Shown: positions 50,655 to 59,259, numbered from the stretch's first letter. The stretch is 64,000 bases of DNA from a virus (IMGVR_UViG_3300028805_000039:127852-191851), one strand, 5' to 3'. Numbers and translations: made by a program. Notes: generated by a model not told the origin, from the letters alone.

Positions 50655-51255
50655 CTTATTGGTATGGGGTTTATGTGTTTGTCTCCGCCAATAAGAAAAG
50701 AAACACTTTACGCTATAGGTTCGGTTCAAAAATTCCTAGCAAATAAACAATAGAAATCTCGCATAGTGAAAGCGTTCTAATAAGATGTTCAGCGTATAAT
50801 TTATATGGGTAGGTAGCACTCGGTAGTGCGGGACGAAGTCCACCGCGGGAAGTCAGTTCAACTCTGGCCTTATCCACCATAGGTCTACTGTTTATTAGTT
50901 TTATACGACCTCATAAACTGAATAGAAACTATAATTATATGTAGTGGCGGAATAGGTAAACGCTGCGTCGTGAGGCTAAGCTAAAAACTTAATGATTGAT
51001 TGAGGGAAACCATTGAAAATCACAAATATAGCAGAGAATTTGTAAAAGTCAGAGCGAGAAGACTTAGTCATGATAGGTGCAAATCCTATTCTACATATAA
51101 AAATGGGTAGATTCCAGATACCTCGTAGCGGGAAAATCTGGCGTGGGATAGCGAATCCGAGAGTTCACGCTTACTTTAGCTATTTAGTTCGTAGGGATGA
51201 ACAATAGCGTATGCCTGACATATGTGTGCAAAGACTAGCTGGTCAATATGTCATT
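50655..51255 (+). ncRNA. GC-enriched non-coding island of about 0.6 kb containing a tRNA-like piece (gggtagg-ta-gcactcggtagtgc...)
   Basis: no ORF; D-arm-like and acceptor-like segments without a complete cloverleaf. Confidence 0.25.
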
Positions 51256-51260
51256 TATAT

Positions 51261-51347
51261 GGGTCGGTATGCCTAGCGGCGAGGGCAGGGGACTGTAAAT
51301 CCCTAACAATGGAAACACCGGTGGTTCGAGTCCACCCCGGCCCACCA
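51261..51347 (+). tRNA. tRNA-Tyr(GTA), class II
   Basis: acceptor gggtcgg/ccggccc; anticodon stem gggga/tccct with loop ctgtaaa; long variable arm; T-arm ggtggttcgagtccacc; CCA. Confidence 0.65.
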
Positions 51348-51439
51348 AATTATCTAGTTCAATGGTAGTGCATTAATAAATTTAGAACACTGGCAGGTCT
51401 AAGTCAGAGATTCTTGTTCGATTCAAGAGATAATTGCCA
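51348..51439 (+). tRNA. irregular tRNA whose anticodon loop contains U-CUA-A (8-nt loop AGGUCUAA); candidate amber-suppressor tRNA
   Basis: acceptor aattatc/gataatt (7 of 7 bp), discriminator G, CCA; T-arm tcttg-ttcgatt-caaga; anticodon stem ctggc/gtcag; CTA at 51399-51401; oversized or degenerate D region. Confidence 0.4.
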
Positions 51440-51463
51440 TAAGACATATACAGCAATTTAATT

Positions 51464-51536
51464 TCCAGAATAGTCAAATGGTTAAGACATTTTCCTACAA
51501 AGAAAAATAATGTGCGTTCAAATCGCACTTCCGGAC
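51464..51536 (+). tRNA. tRNA-Cys(ACA)-like with A34, no encoded CCA and one acceptor mismatch
   Basis: acceptor tccagaa/ttccgga; D-arm gtc-aaatggttaa-gac; anticodon stem ttttc/gaaaa with loop ctacaaa; T-arm gtgcgttcaaatcgcac; preceded by the cagcaattt leader. Confidence 0.45.
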
Positions 51537-51572
51537 AAAAATATGTCTTGAAATTTAAATGAGGTTAAATAT

Positions 51573-52094
51573 ATGAATCCTTTAAATGTATTTAATAATC
51601 AATATTACAGTTGGAAATATCCAGAATGTTGGCATAAAAATATTCGTATGTTTTTTAGAAGTATTAAATATGCTTATCAACGAATAACAAAAGGTTTCGC
51701 TTATTGCGATACTTGGGATTTAGATGATTATTATACTCATCTTTTTGTTGATAGTCTTAAAATGTATTCAGAACATATGAATGGTTGGCCGCAAAGTAAA
51801 GAGTTTCCAGAATTTGAAGATTATAAAAAGTATATTGATAAAATAATTTATCTTTTTGATCAATCTATTGAAGGCCATGAAGATATTAAGAATAAATATG
51901 CGGAAGAATATGAAGCTAAAATTCTTAATAAGCCAGATTTTTTGGAAAATATAAATAAAGAAAGAAAACCAGAAGAAAAAGCGTTAATAGATAAATATTT
52001 TAAACGCGAAGATGAACTTTATCATTACCGTAAAGCTTGCCGAAATGAAGCATTAGATATGATGAAACATATTTATGACAGCTTATGGTGGTAA
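51573..52094 (+). CDS. hypothetical protein (173 aa)
   Basis: ORF track; RBS tgaggt. Confidence 0.55.
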   Translation: MNPLNVFNNQYYSWKYPECWHKNIRMFFRSIKYAYQRITKGFAYCDTWDLDDYYTHLFVDSLKMYSEHMNGWPQSKEFPEFEDYKKYIDKIIYLFDQSIEGHEDIKNKYAEEYEAKILNKPDFLENINKERKPEEKALIDKYFKREDELYHYRKACRNEALDMMKHIYDSLWW

Positions 52095-52099
52095 TTGTT

Positions 52100-53160
52100 T
52101 AGTTTAAGATACCTTACAGCAAAAAATGTAATAAAAAAATATGTGGGTGGTTTGGTATCTTGTTTGACAATTCAAAAAAAATTTGATATAATATATTTAG
52201 ACAGTTAGACAGCAATATAATTTAAATAACAAGTTTTATTCAAATATAAAAAGACATGTTTTATTCTCCTTATTTGATATAAAAGAGATTTGATTTTATT
52301 GTGATTCTAATTTCATCAAATCTGCCAGTTATGGAATTATAAAGAAAAGGAATTAACTGTCTAGTTTATTTAAAATTTAAATTATATATAATAAAGACAC
52401 ATGCAGCAATTGATTTACAAAAGGTTGAAATTGTAGGCTGTATACCCACGGTGAAATGGTTCGAATCCATTAAATATTAAAGTGTCTTGTTATTATTAAG
52501 TCTTAAAATATAAATACAAGTTTTGATAACTCAGTGCAGACTATAAGCGACTTATAGGCTGAGAAATACCGAAGTGAGGCTCGGCACGGAACGAAACAAG
52601 GATACTTGTGGATAGTGGACCGCACTTTATATCGTGAGATATAAAGCGAACCCATGCGGGGAAAGGAAAGGTATTGTGCTAAAGTTATCGCAATTTAAAA
52701 TACCCGAGGGCGGGCAGAGTAATAGAAAGCTTTGTTGATAAGACAAAGCCGAATCCAGAAAACCGCGACCGGTGGCACGGCGTGAGAGTCTGGAAAAGCC
52801 AAACAATCTGTTGAATGTAGTTGAATAGGAGAAATCCTAGTATAACGCCTAACCAGGGTGCGAGTAGGGGAAATCTACAAAGGCTCAAATCTTAAAGACT
52901 TGAAGATATTATATTATTGATTGGTAAATATAATTAACAATACAATTTCTGAAAGTCCCCTGAAAGTTGTGGGTAAGCAATCCCACCAAGACGAAAGTTA
53001 GCTGTAAGCTAATGTCATAGGAAGCGTCATATCGACGGGTATGAGCTCAGACCTATGGTAGCTTGTGATTGAAAAAAATTGAAGGTAATTAGTAGTAGGG
53101 GGAAGCCCCATCAAAAAATCTGTATTTATATTTTAGGACTTAAAGTTCTTATTAAGAGAA
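52100..53160 (+). ncRNA. non-coding island of about 1 kb: an AT-rich promoter zone followed by a GC-enriched structured core (52500-53100)
   Basis: no ORFs; an isolated T-arm-like atggttcgaatccat at about 52460; stems such as cccgagggcgggc, ccgcgaccggtggcacggcg and ctacaaaggctc. Confidence 0.3.
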
Positions 53161-53168
53161 AGAAAGAG

Positions 53169-53351
53169 ATGAATATGAGAATTTTATGGATTATTCCTAT
53201 TATGGGAATATTTCTTTATCTTGCTTTATTCATCGTTAATTTAAAAGTTTAGTATGAAATATATAAATTAGAAAAACATCTAAAAAAAACAGAGCAAGAT
53301 AAACCAATGTATGAAATATGGTTAGAAGAAATTGAATCTTTAAATAAATAA
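53169..53351 (+). CDS. small membrane peptide (60 aa); recoded (in-frame TAG at 53250)
   Basis: MNMRILWIIPIMGIFLYLALFIVNLKV-TAG-YEIYKLEKHLKKTEQDKPMYEIWLEEIESLNK then TAA. Confidence 0.45.
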
Positions 53352-53388
53352 CTATATTTCATCAAAAGGAGAAAAAGGTGTTTTATAT

Positions 53389-53464
53389 GCGAGCGTAATT
53401 CAGTTGGTGGAATGCACGACTGATAATCGTGTCGTCACTGGTTCAAGTCCAGTCGTTCGCACCA
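53389..53464 (+). tRNA. tRNA-Ile(GAT)
   Basis: acceptor gcgagcg/cgttcgc; anticodon stem cacga/tcgtg with loop ctgataa; T-arm ctggttcaagtccag; CCA. Confidence 0.8.
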
Positions 53465-53467
53465 TAT

Positions 53468-53543
53468 GCCGCGGTAGCTCAGTTGGTAGAGCGGAGGCCT
53501 GAAGAGCCTCGCGTCGGGGGTTCGAAGCCCTCCTGCGGCACCA
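53468..53543 (+). tRNA. tRNA-Phe(GAA)
   Basis: acceptor gccgcgg/ctgcggc; anticodon stem gaggc/gcctc with loop ctgaaga; T-arm gggggttcgaagccctc; CCA. Confidence 0.8.
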
Positions 53544-53871
53544 AGGAGTAATATCTCCGTAGAGCCGGGAGCCAGGCTCGATAATGAACAGGCTAACTGG
53601 TTGCCAAACCAATGAAAACTATGGTAGTCAATACTGCTCAGGACTAATGAGATTAGAAGCGGCGGTAGGTCTCCCAGTGCCGAAAGTGAAATTTACTAGT
53701 GATTTCCTGGATTTTTATATGGGTGAGTATCCAAATAGTAAAGGAACCGGACCGATAACTGAATCTAGTTTTAGGTTTGAGAACAGCAGCACGGACGTAA
53801 AATCCGGCGCTCAATGAGCTTCGCAGGTGCAAATCCTGTCCTCGCCCACCAAAAGAAAGGAATGGTAATTA

Positions 53872-54068
53872 TGACTTTTGAACTTAAAGATAAAGATTTA
53901 GAAAGTATAACTGGTGGTTCAATTCTTCCTTATCTTGTTGAAGCTGGAGATACTTTAGCAATGATTGCAAAGAAATTTAACTGTACTGTTGAAGAGCTTC
54001 AAAGATGGAATAAAATTGAAAATGTTGATAAGATTGACGTAGGTCAAAAATTGATAATTAAATTTTAA
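53872..54068 (+). CDS. LysM-domain protein (65 aa)
   Basis: YLVEAGDTLAMIAKKFNCTVEELQRWNKI...IDVGQKLII matches the LysM consensus; RBS aaaggaatgg. Confidence 0.65.
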
Positions 54069-54069
54069 A

Positions 54070-54480
54070 AAAAAATTGGCTTTGGTAAGAGGACCCTGTA
54101 AGTAGTTGATAGTGGAACAATAACCAATTTTTATATTACCAACAAGCTACCTGTTGAGACGACGAGGATTGGAGCAACGTCGTTATAAAAATAAATAAAG
54201 ACCCCAATATATTTGGCGGGAATAGAACAAACCGCACGGAGAGGGAAGAGTTTGTAGGTCGCTGCCTTTCGCGTAGCAATAGAGAGGACACGGTAATGAC
54301 TAGTTCGGAAATCCCTTGAAAGAACGAAAACCTACATTAAATAGAATAGTAGGGAATTGCTTTGTGGATTACTGCAAACGCATAAAAATAGCGTGACCCT
54401 ACACGCGGTGCCCCGGTTTATTGTATCGCACAGAGACACGTATAATTTATTCACCTGATGGAATATTAATTTACTGGGGC
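54070..54480 (+). ncRNA. non-coding GC-enriched island of about 0.4 kb
   Basis: no ORF; stems ggcgggaatagaacaaaccgc and gaggacacggtaatgac. Confidence 0.25.
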
Positions 54481-54557
54481 ATTTAATTTCTTATTTGAAA
54501 ATTTTAAAAAAATATTATATAATATTTATAGAAAATAAGAAATGAGGTTTTTTAAAT

Positions 54558-54809
54558 ATGTTTGGTTATCATGATAGTAATAGATGTGCTTTTGACCTTT
54601 GGGCACCTGTTCAGTATGATGATACTGCAGTACAAAACCGAGCTTTTTCTTCTTATTGTTATCATAGCCAAGAGATAGAAGATGCTATTATTGCTATTGG
54701 AAATGGTATTGATTCTCTTGATTTTGATATGGAAATGACTGATGATGATATGCGATATATTGAAGAAGAAGTAAAAAAGAGATATGGTATGACAATTCAT
54801 GTATCTTAA
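54558..54809 (+). CDS. acidic hypothetical protein (83 aa)
   Basis: ORF track; late promoter upstream. Confidence 0.55.
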   Translation: MFGYHDSNRCAFDLWAPVQYDDTAVQNRAFSSYCYHSQEIEDAIIAIGNGIDSLDFDMEMTDDDMRYIEEEVKKRYGMTIHVS

Positions 54810-54882
54810 ATAAAAGATTTCTTATTTGAAAATTTTAAAAAAATATTATATAATATTTATAGAAAAGTGAGGGGAATAAAAA

Positions 54883-55016
54883 ATGAATGATAAATTTGAT
54901 GATTTTGATATTGGCCCTCAAAGTGATGAAAATCATTTAACAGAAATTTGGGAAGAATATCAAAGAAGTATTGAATAGACTTCTGAATGGGTTAAACAGT
55001 ATTAGAAAAATAATTA
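54883..55016 (+). CDS. small acidic protein; recoded (2 in-frame TAG)
   Basis: MNDKFDDFDIGPQSDENHLTEIWEEYQRSIE-TAG-TSEWVKQY-TAG-KNN then TAA. Confidence 0.4.
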
Positions 55017-55019
55017 ATT

Positions 55020-55097
55020 GGCCTGTTCGTCTAAATAGGCAAGGATATTAGACTCTCAATCTGATGATGCTAGGTTCAAATCCTGCACAGGTCACCA
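55020..55097 (+). tRNA. tRNA-Glu(CTC)
   Basis: acceptor ggcctgt/acaggtc; anticodon stem ttaga/tctga with loop ctctcaa; T-loop ttcaaat; CCA. Confidence 0.55.
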
Positions 55098-55099
55098 GC

Positions 55100-55500
55100 A
55101 GGTAATGGCTACTCCTGGGTAAAAAAAGTTGCTAATGGGGTAAAATAAGTTGCCTTACCGGAAAAAAGACTTAAAGGGAACATTCGTCGCACAATGGTAA
55201 AGCCCATAATACGGTGATTATAGAAACTATTCCGTATATATAAGGTTTCGCTTAACCTATTGGAATAAGCTTGTATGGTTCTAATTGAATGAAATGCGAG
55301 TTCAAGACTCGTCTCGCCGTTTGGCGGGTGGTGTAAGAGGAAACAAACACACAGAAGAAATTAATTTTGGTGAAGAAAAATTATTTTGTAGTGAGATAAA
55401 ATTTCTGTAATTCCAAAGAGAACCCTGTAAAAATGATTCACTACCATTTTTACAGTAATGCCGCAAGAGCTGGTAGTGCGGAATATAAATTAATCAGCTT
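55100..55500 (+). ncRNA. non-coding structured spacer of about 0.4 kb
   Basis: no ORF with RBS; T-arm-like gcgagttcaagactcgt without a full cloverleaf. Confidence 0.2.
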
Positions 55501-55502
55501 AT

Positions 55503-55595
55503 ATGGTCTAGTAGACGAACTGGTAAAGTCCCCGCCCTTTCAAGGCGGTGTGCCCAGCGAAAGCGGGTTATGGGTTCAAACCCCATCTAGATCAC
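55503..55595 (+). tRNA. class-II (long variable arm) tRNA with anticodon UUC; identity ambiguous
   Basis: acceptor ggtctag/ctagatc; anticodon stem ccgcc/ggcgg with loop ctttcaa; 21-nt variable arm; T-arm atgggttcaaaccccat; CCA. Confidence 0.5.
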
Positions 55596-55596
55596 C

Positions 55597-55678
55597 ATTG
55601 CGGGGTAGAGGAGTCTGGTCGTCCTCGCCTGCCTCATAAGCAGGAAATCGTTGGTTCAAATCCAACCCCACGCTACCA
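55597..55678 (+). tRNA. tRNA-Met/Ile2-type (anticodon CAT); the acceptor stem has a bulge
   Basis: D-arm gagg-agtctggtcgt-cctc; anticodon stem cctgc/gcagg with loop ctcataa; T-arm gttggttcaaatccaac. Confidence 0.5.
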
Positions 55679-55829
55679 TGTCGTCCAAGCGACAGTAAAT
55701 ATTTTGGTTGGTTAATCGCGAACCTTTAATCAAAATCGCAAAGGAGATAACAGATGATGAAACGTAATAGTAATGTCAAAAACTCCAGCGAGGATAGCCC
55801 AATTGGCTGTTTGAGGTCCTAAGCAAGAC

Positions 55830-55920
55830 CTTAAAAGGCTTAATATCGCAGAGCGAAGAAGTCTTCCATCCTGGCTCATAACCAGGACTCCGCAGGAGCG
55901 TTACCTGCCTCTGCTCCCAA
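55830..55920 (+). ncRNA. tRNA-like element with a perfect CAU anticodon arm but non-canonical D and T arms; C1xU72 mismatch
   Basis: cctgg-ctcataa-ccagg; 3' end ctctgct-c-cca pairs with cgcagag. Confidence 0.3.
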
Positions 55921-55922
55921 AT

Positions 55923-55998
55923 AGCAGGGAGGTTGTTGGTTTACCGGCGAAGTCTCATAAACCTCGTTACGTGAGTTCAATTCTCACCCTTGCTACCA
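55923..55998 (+). tRNA. tRNA with anticodon CAT (third CAU species; Met, fMet or Ile2)
   Basis: acceptor agcaggg/ccttgct; anticodon stem gaagt/acctc (one mismatch) with loop ctcataa; T-arm gtgagttcaattctcac; CCA. Confidence 0.5.
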
Positions 55999-55999
55999 T

Positions 56000-56470
56000 A
56001 GGTTGACACTACCCTCAAAAGTGCCAGTGTGCGGAAAGGATGGATTCCCACTAACCTACCCTAGTTTCGTAGAGGGCTTAGTCATTTAGTAGCACGCTTT
56101 AATAAAAAAGACAACGAAAGCAAGTGGAAAAATAATAATCTTAACCAAATATCCAGAACGTATTTGAAGTCGTTTCTAAGTAGCCCGTCTGGAGGCGTAA
56201 GATTTTAAAGACCCGCCTATAGGGAACCGTATAACTGATAGCGATAGCTGAAAGGCTTGGCTTCGGGGGTGAATATGGCTAGCGGGGAGAAGCCGATATA
56301 TGAAGTTTTTAATACTAGTTATATGAGAATAATTATATATTGGCGCACTACCTTTTCTCATATATTTAAATGTATGGGAAACAAAAGAAGATTTACTATG
56401 AGGTTTCTTTTACATCCCAAGCCAAAGTATTTTGTTTGGTTTTGTTTTTCTTACCTCATATTTTTTTATA
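56000..56470 (+). ncRNA. non-coding spacer of about 0.47 kb (GC-enriched 5' part)
   Basis: only spurious short ORFs without RBS. Confidence 0.2.
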
Positions 56471-56475
56471 TGCTT

Positions 56476-56571
56476 GGTGCTCTAAGCCTAATCGGTAAGG
56501 CAGATGCCTGCTAAGCATCGAGTAAGTCGGTTTTTCCGGCTGTCCCAGTTCAAGTCTGGGGAGCATCGCCA
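56476..56571 (+). tRNA. tRNA-Ser(GCT), class II
   Basis: acceptor ggtgctc/gagcatc; anticodon stem gatgc/gcatc with loop ctgctaa; long variable arm; T-arm cccagttcaagtctggg; CCA. Confidence 0.8.
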
Positions 56572-56717
56572 TTCAAGTAGCAAGGTTTAAGCGAAAAGGG
56601 AAACGGAAAATCCCCCTTGATTTAATCAGGGCTAAATCCGAGATAACCGTGAGCCTTAATCGTAGAAAGGCATAAAGAGATACCAATAGAGATAAAATGT
56701 AATTTATCTTTTATTAT

Positions 56718-56807
56718 GGCAGCGTACTGTAATGGTAACAGCCCTGACTTGAAATCAGAGAGTAGGTCGCGAGGTCTATGCGGGTTCGAATCCTGCCGCT
56801 GTCGCCA
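56718..56807 (+). tRNA. tRNA-Ser(TGA), class II
   Basis: acceptor ggcagcg/cgctgtc; anticodon loop cttgaaa; long variable arm; T-arm gcgggttcgaatcctgc; CCA. Confidence 0.7.
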
Positions 56808-56811
56808 ATAT

Positions 56812-56894
56812 GGCCGGCTAAGCCTAATGGTAAGGCAGTGGTCTAGAAAACCGCCAGTAAGGGTGATGAGCCCTGTCTCCGTTCAAGTCGGAGG
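56812..56894 (+). tRNA. tRNA-Ser paralog with anticodon loop CUAGAAA (anticodon AGA, A34)
   Basis: D-arm almost identical to Ser(GCT); anticodon stem gtggt/accgc; long variable arm; T-arm ctccgttcaagtcggag; CCA. Confidence 0.55.
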
Positions 56895-56941
56895 CCGGTC
56901 GCCAATTTATTTTAAAAATAAGTAATAAGGAAAATGGAAAA

Positions 56942-57136
56942 ATGAAACATTCTGATAAAGAAAAAGAAATGCACGAAGCTTATGAACGGTATATTAATCA
57001 AATTGCTTATAATTATGCTGATGGAGAAGGATATTATGATTATGGTGGCATAGGAATGAAGCAAAATGCTAGGCGTGCACATCCTTTTGAAGATTATTGG
57101 CCTGGTAAAGAAGAATTTAGCCATTGGAAAGATTAA
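56942..57136 (+). CDS. hypothetical protein (64 aa)
   Basis: ORF track; RBS aaggaaaatggaaaa. Confidence 0.5.
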   Translation: MKHSDKEKEMHEAYERYINQIAYNYADGEGYYDYGGIGMKQNARRAHPFEDYWPGKEEFSHWKD

Positions 57137-57154
57137 AAAATTTAATTAAAAATA

Positions 57155-57496
57155 ATGGATGAACATGTTATTCCTCTTGTTAATTATTTTAATACACATG
57201 GATTAAAAACAGAAATGTCTTGTGAAGGGCATAATAAAACAAATATGTCAATGTTTTGGATTAGTTTTACTAATTCAGTTCAAGAACAAGATATTATAAA
57301 TTTCCAAAAGAAACATATTAATAAATATGGAAATTTTTGTTCTTGCGGTAGATTTGCTCAAAGATTATATGTTTGTGCTGTTACTAATGAAAAATATTGG
57401 TGTTATTTTGCAGCAACAATAGAAGCAGCAAATGAAGATTTAAAAAGGTGGCAACAAGATGATTCAAAATATTGTAATAGGGAAACCGCTGGTTGA
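57155..57496 (+). CDS. Cys/His-containing hypothetical protein (113 aa)
   Basis: ORF track. Confidence 0.5.
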   Translation: MDEHVIPLVNYFNTHGLKTEMSCEGHNKTNMSMFWISFTNSVQEQDIINFQKKHINKYGNFCSCGRFAQRLYVCAVTNEKYWCYFAATIEAANEDLKRWQQDDSKYCNRETAG

Positions 57497-57740
57497 GCCT
57501 TGGAGTTTAATTTCTTATAATAAAGAAGATTTTGAAAAAAACGATAAAAAATATACAATGTTTACTGAAGAAAGATTTCTTCCTACTCTTTTGGTAAATG
57601 CTGGTATTGTTAAATCCAAGAGTGAAATAAAAAGAAATAAACCTGAATTGTGGATTACGCTTGATACATTAGATTGTCTTTGGGTCAAATGGGGCAAAAA
57701 TAAAATCTACATTATTGTAGGAGAAAAATATGAATTTTAA
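57459..57740 (+). CDS. hypothetical protein (93 aa)
   Basis: ORF track. Confidence 0.5.
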   Translation: MIQNIVIGKPLVEPWSLISYNKEDFEKNDKKYTMFTEERFLPTLLVNAGIVKSKSEIKRNKPELWITLDTLDCLWVKWGKNKIYIIVGEKYEF

Positions 57741-57939
57741 TGATAAATATAATGGTGATAAGAACGCTGCATTGCGGGATGGATTGCTAATTAGCAAAGA
57801 AATTGGCCTTTGTGCTTGCGGGAAACCTACAAGATATATTGATATTTATTCCGAAAGTTATTTTTGTTCAGAAGAATGTTATAATAAATTTTATGATGAA
57901 ATGAATGAATGGGTAAATAAAAACGATGAAATATATTGA
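57730..57939 (+). CDS. zinc-ribbon small protein (CACGKPTRYIDIYSESYFCSEEC)
   Basis: ORF track. Confidence 0.5.
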   Translation: MNFNDKYNGDKNAALRDGLLISKEIGLCACGKPTRYIDIYSESYFCSEECYNKFYDEMNEWVNKNDEIY

Positions 57940-58133
57940 TATATATTAGAATTTACGACCTTTTGAACCCAAAGACGAAATAAATAATATTATTTGTGTA
58001 TCAAAATTTCAACCTTGTTGTGTATGCGGACATCCTACTTGCTATGTTGAAATTAATTATGAAGGTTATTTTTGTAGTGAAGAATGTTTGCGGCAATTTG
58101 AGGATAGTATTGACAATTTAAAAAATTTTTAAT
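57933..58133 (+). CDS. paralog of 57730 (CVCGHPTCYVEINYEGYFCSEEC); recoded (1 in-frame TAG)
   Basis: MKYIDIY-TAG-NLRPFEPKDEINNIICVSKFQPCCVCGH... Confidence 0.4.
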
Positions 58134-58174
58134 ATAATATATATGTAAAAAATAAAAAAATGGAGGTTATCCTA

Positions 58175-58798
58175 ATGGTTGGTAATTGGAATGTAAATAT
58201 TAATACTAATGGTATGCCTTAGAAGATTGCTTCTGCATTTGCAGGACTTGCTGATACTCTTATTGGGGCAGAGTATGATTTTGTTGCTTATCTCGGTTCT
58301 CAGGTTGTAAATGGCACAAATCATGCAGTTCTTGCTAAACAAACTGTTCTTTCTGGCAAGGATACAAAGAATCTTGTTGTTCTTATTTTTAATGAGAAAC
58401 CTAATGATACAGTAGCAACTCTTGTAAGTATTGAACGTGTCGTTGAAGGTGGAGAACCTTTGGGCGGCACTCAGGTAAATGTCGAGTTTGAGATTCCTGC
58501 TGAAGCTCAAAAGGCTTTTGATGATGCCTTCGATGGTCGTCTTGGTGCAAAGTGGACTCCTATGGCTCTTCTTGCTACAAAAGTAACTAAGGGTACTAAT
58601 TATGTATATCTTGTTGAAGAGACTCCTGTTGTTTGTGACCCAGTTAAAACTGCTATGCTTGTTACTGTAAATGGAATGACCCATGATGTTGCTTTCGCAG
58701 ATTTGCTTGCTAGTAAGCATGAAATGTCTCTTGGCTATGCCTTTACTTGGTTGAAGAAACCTGGCTTTGGTACTCCTCTTGGCGAGTGGCCCTAATTT
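58175..58798 (+). CDS. hypothetical protein of about 207 aa with an internal duplication; recoded (TAG at codon 15)
   Basis: ATG 58175 (RBS ggaggttatcctaATG) is in frame with track ORF 58460..58795; MVGNWNVNINTNGMP-TAG-KIASAF...; the two halves are similar (NGTNHAVLAKQ.. / KGTNYVYLVEE..). Confidence 0.5.
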
Positions 58799-58829
58799 AA
58801 AATAAAGTGAGGATTTATTCCTCACATAT

Positions 58830-58904
58830 GCTCCTATAGTATAAAGGTTATTACAAGGCACTTGTAATGCTTAGATCTCCGTTCGACTCGGAGTAGGAGC
58901 TCCA
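58830..58904 (+). tRNA. tRNA-Thr(TGT)
   Basis: acceptor gctccta/taggagc; anticodon stem aggca/tgctt with loop cttgtaa; T-arm ctccgttcgactcggag; CCA. Confidence 0.75.
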
Positions 58905-59023
58905 TTAAAAAAGCGATGAAGTGTCTATGACAAAGAGCCTTCAAAAAAATTATACTAGTCCCGCCACTTTGTCTGTATAAGGGAGATAGGTAATAAAAAG
59001 GTTTAGACGTTTTCCTTTTAAAT

Positions 59024-59099
59024 GCCAACTTAGCTCAGTTGGTAGAGCAATACACTAGTAATGTATAGGTCGTGAGTTCGAGTCTCACAGTTGGCTCCA
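59024..59099 (+). tRNA. tRNA-Thr(AGT), A34
   Basis: clean cloverleaf: acceptor gccaact/agttggc; anticodon stem ataca/tgtat with loop ctagtaa; T-arm gtgagttcgagtctcac; CCA. Confidence 0.7.
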
Positions 59100-59103
59100 A
59101 CAT

Positions 59104-59179
59104 GCGGGTATGGTGTTAGTGGTTAGCATATGTGCTTGCCAAGCATAAGGGGAGGGTTCAAGTCCCTCTACTCGCTCCA
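59104..59179 (+). tRNA. tRNA-Gly(GCC)
   Basis: acceptor gcgggta/tactcgc; anticodon stem tgtgc/gcata with loop ttgccaa; T-arm gagggttcaagtccctc; CCA. Confidence 0.75.
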
Positions 59180-59185
59180 TAAAAT

Positions 59186-59259
59186 GCGAATATAGTTTAA
59201 TGGTAGAACGCTACGTTCCCATCGTGGAAGTGAGATTTCGATTATCTTTATTCGCTCCA
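59186..59259 (+). tRNA. tRNA-Gly(CCC)
   Basis: acceptor gcgaata/tattcgc; anticodon stem ctacg/cgtgg with loop ttcccat; T-arm gagatttcgattatctt; CCA. Confidence 0.65.

Noticed and set aside
53721-53866. Possible tRNA with an intron of about 50 nt (acceptor gggtgag/ctcgccc, anticodon stem ccgga...tccgg)
   Set aside because: T-loop tgcaaat is non-canonical, there is no U33 context, and the intron is too small for group I; kept only as part of the non-coding tRNA-like material.
46480-56470. Reading the GC-rich islands as protein-coding under a further stop reassignment (TGA or TAA)
   Set aside because: All three stops are frequent in all six frames and the composition is opposite to the local coding bias; structured RNA is the simpler explanation.
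58172-58861. 229-aa minus-strand ORF
   Set aside because: Antisense to the recoded plus-strand gene 58175..58798 and the tRNA-Thr; AT-rich low-complexity translation.
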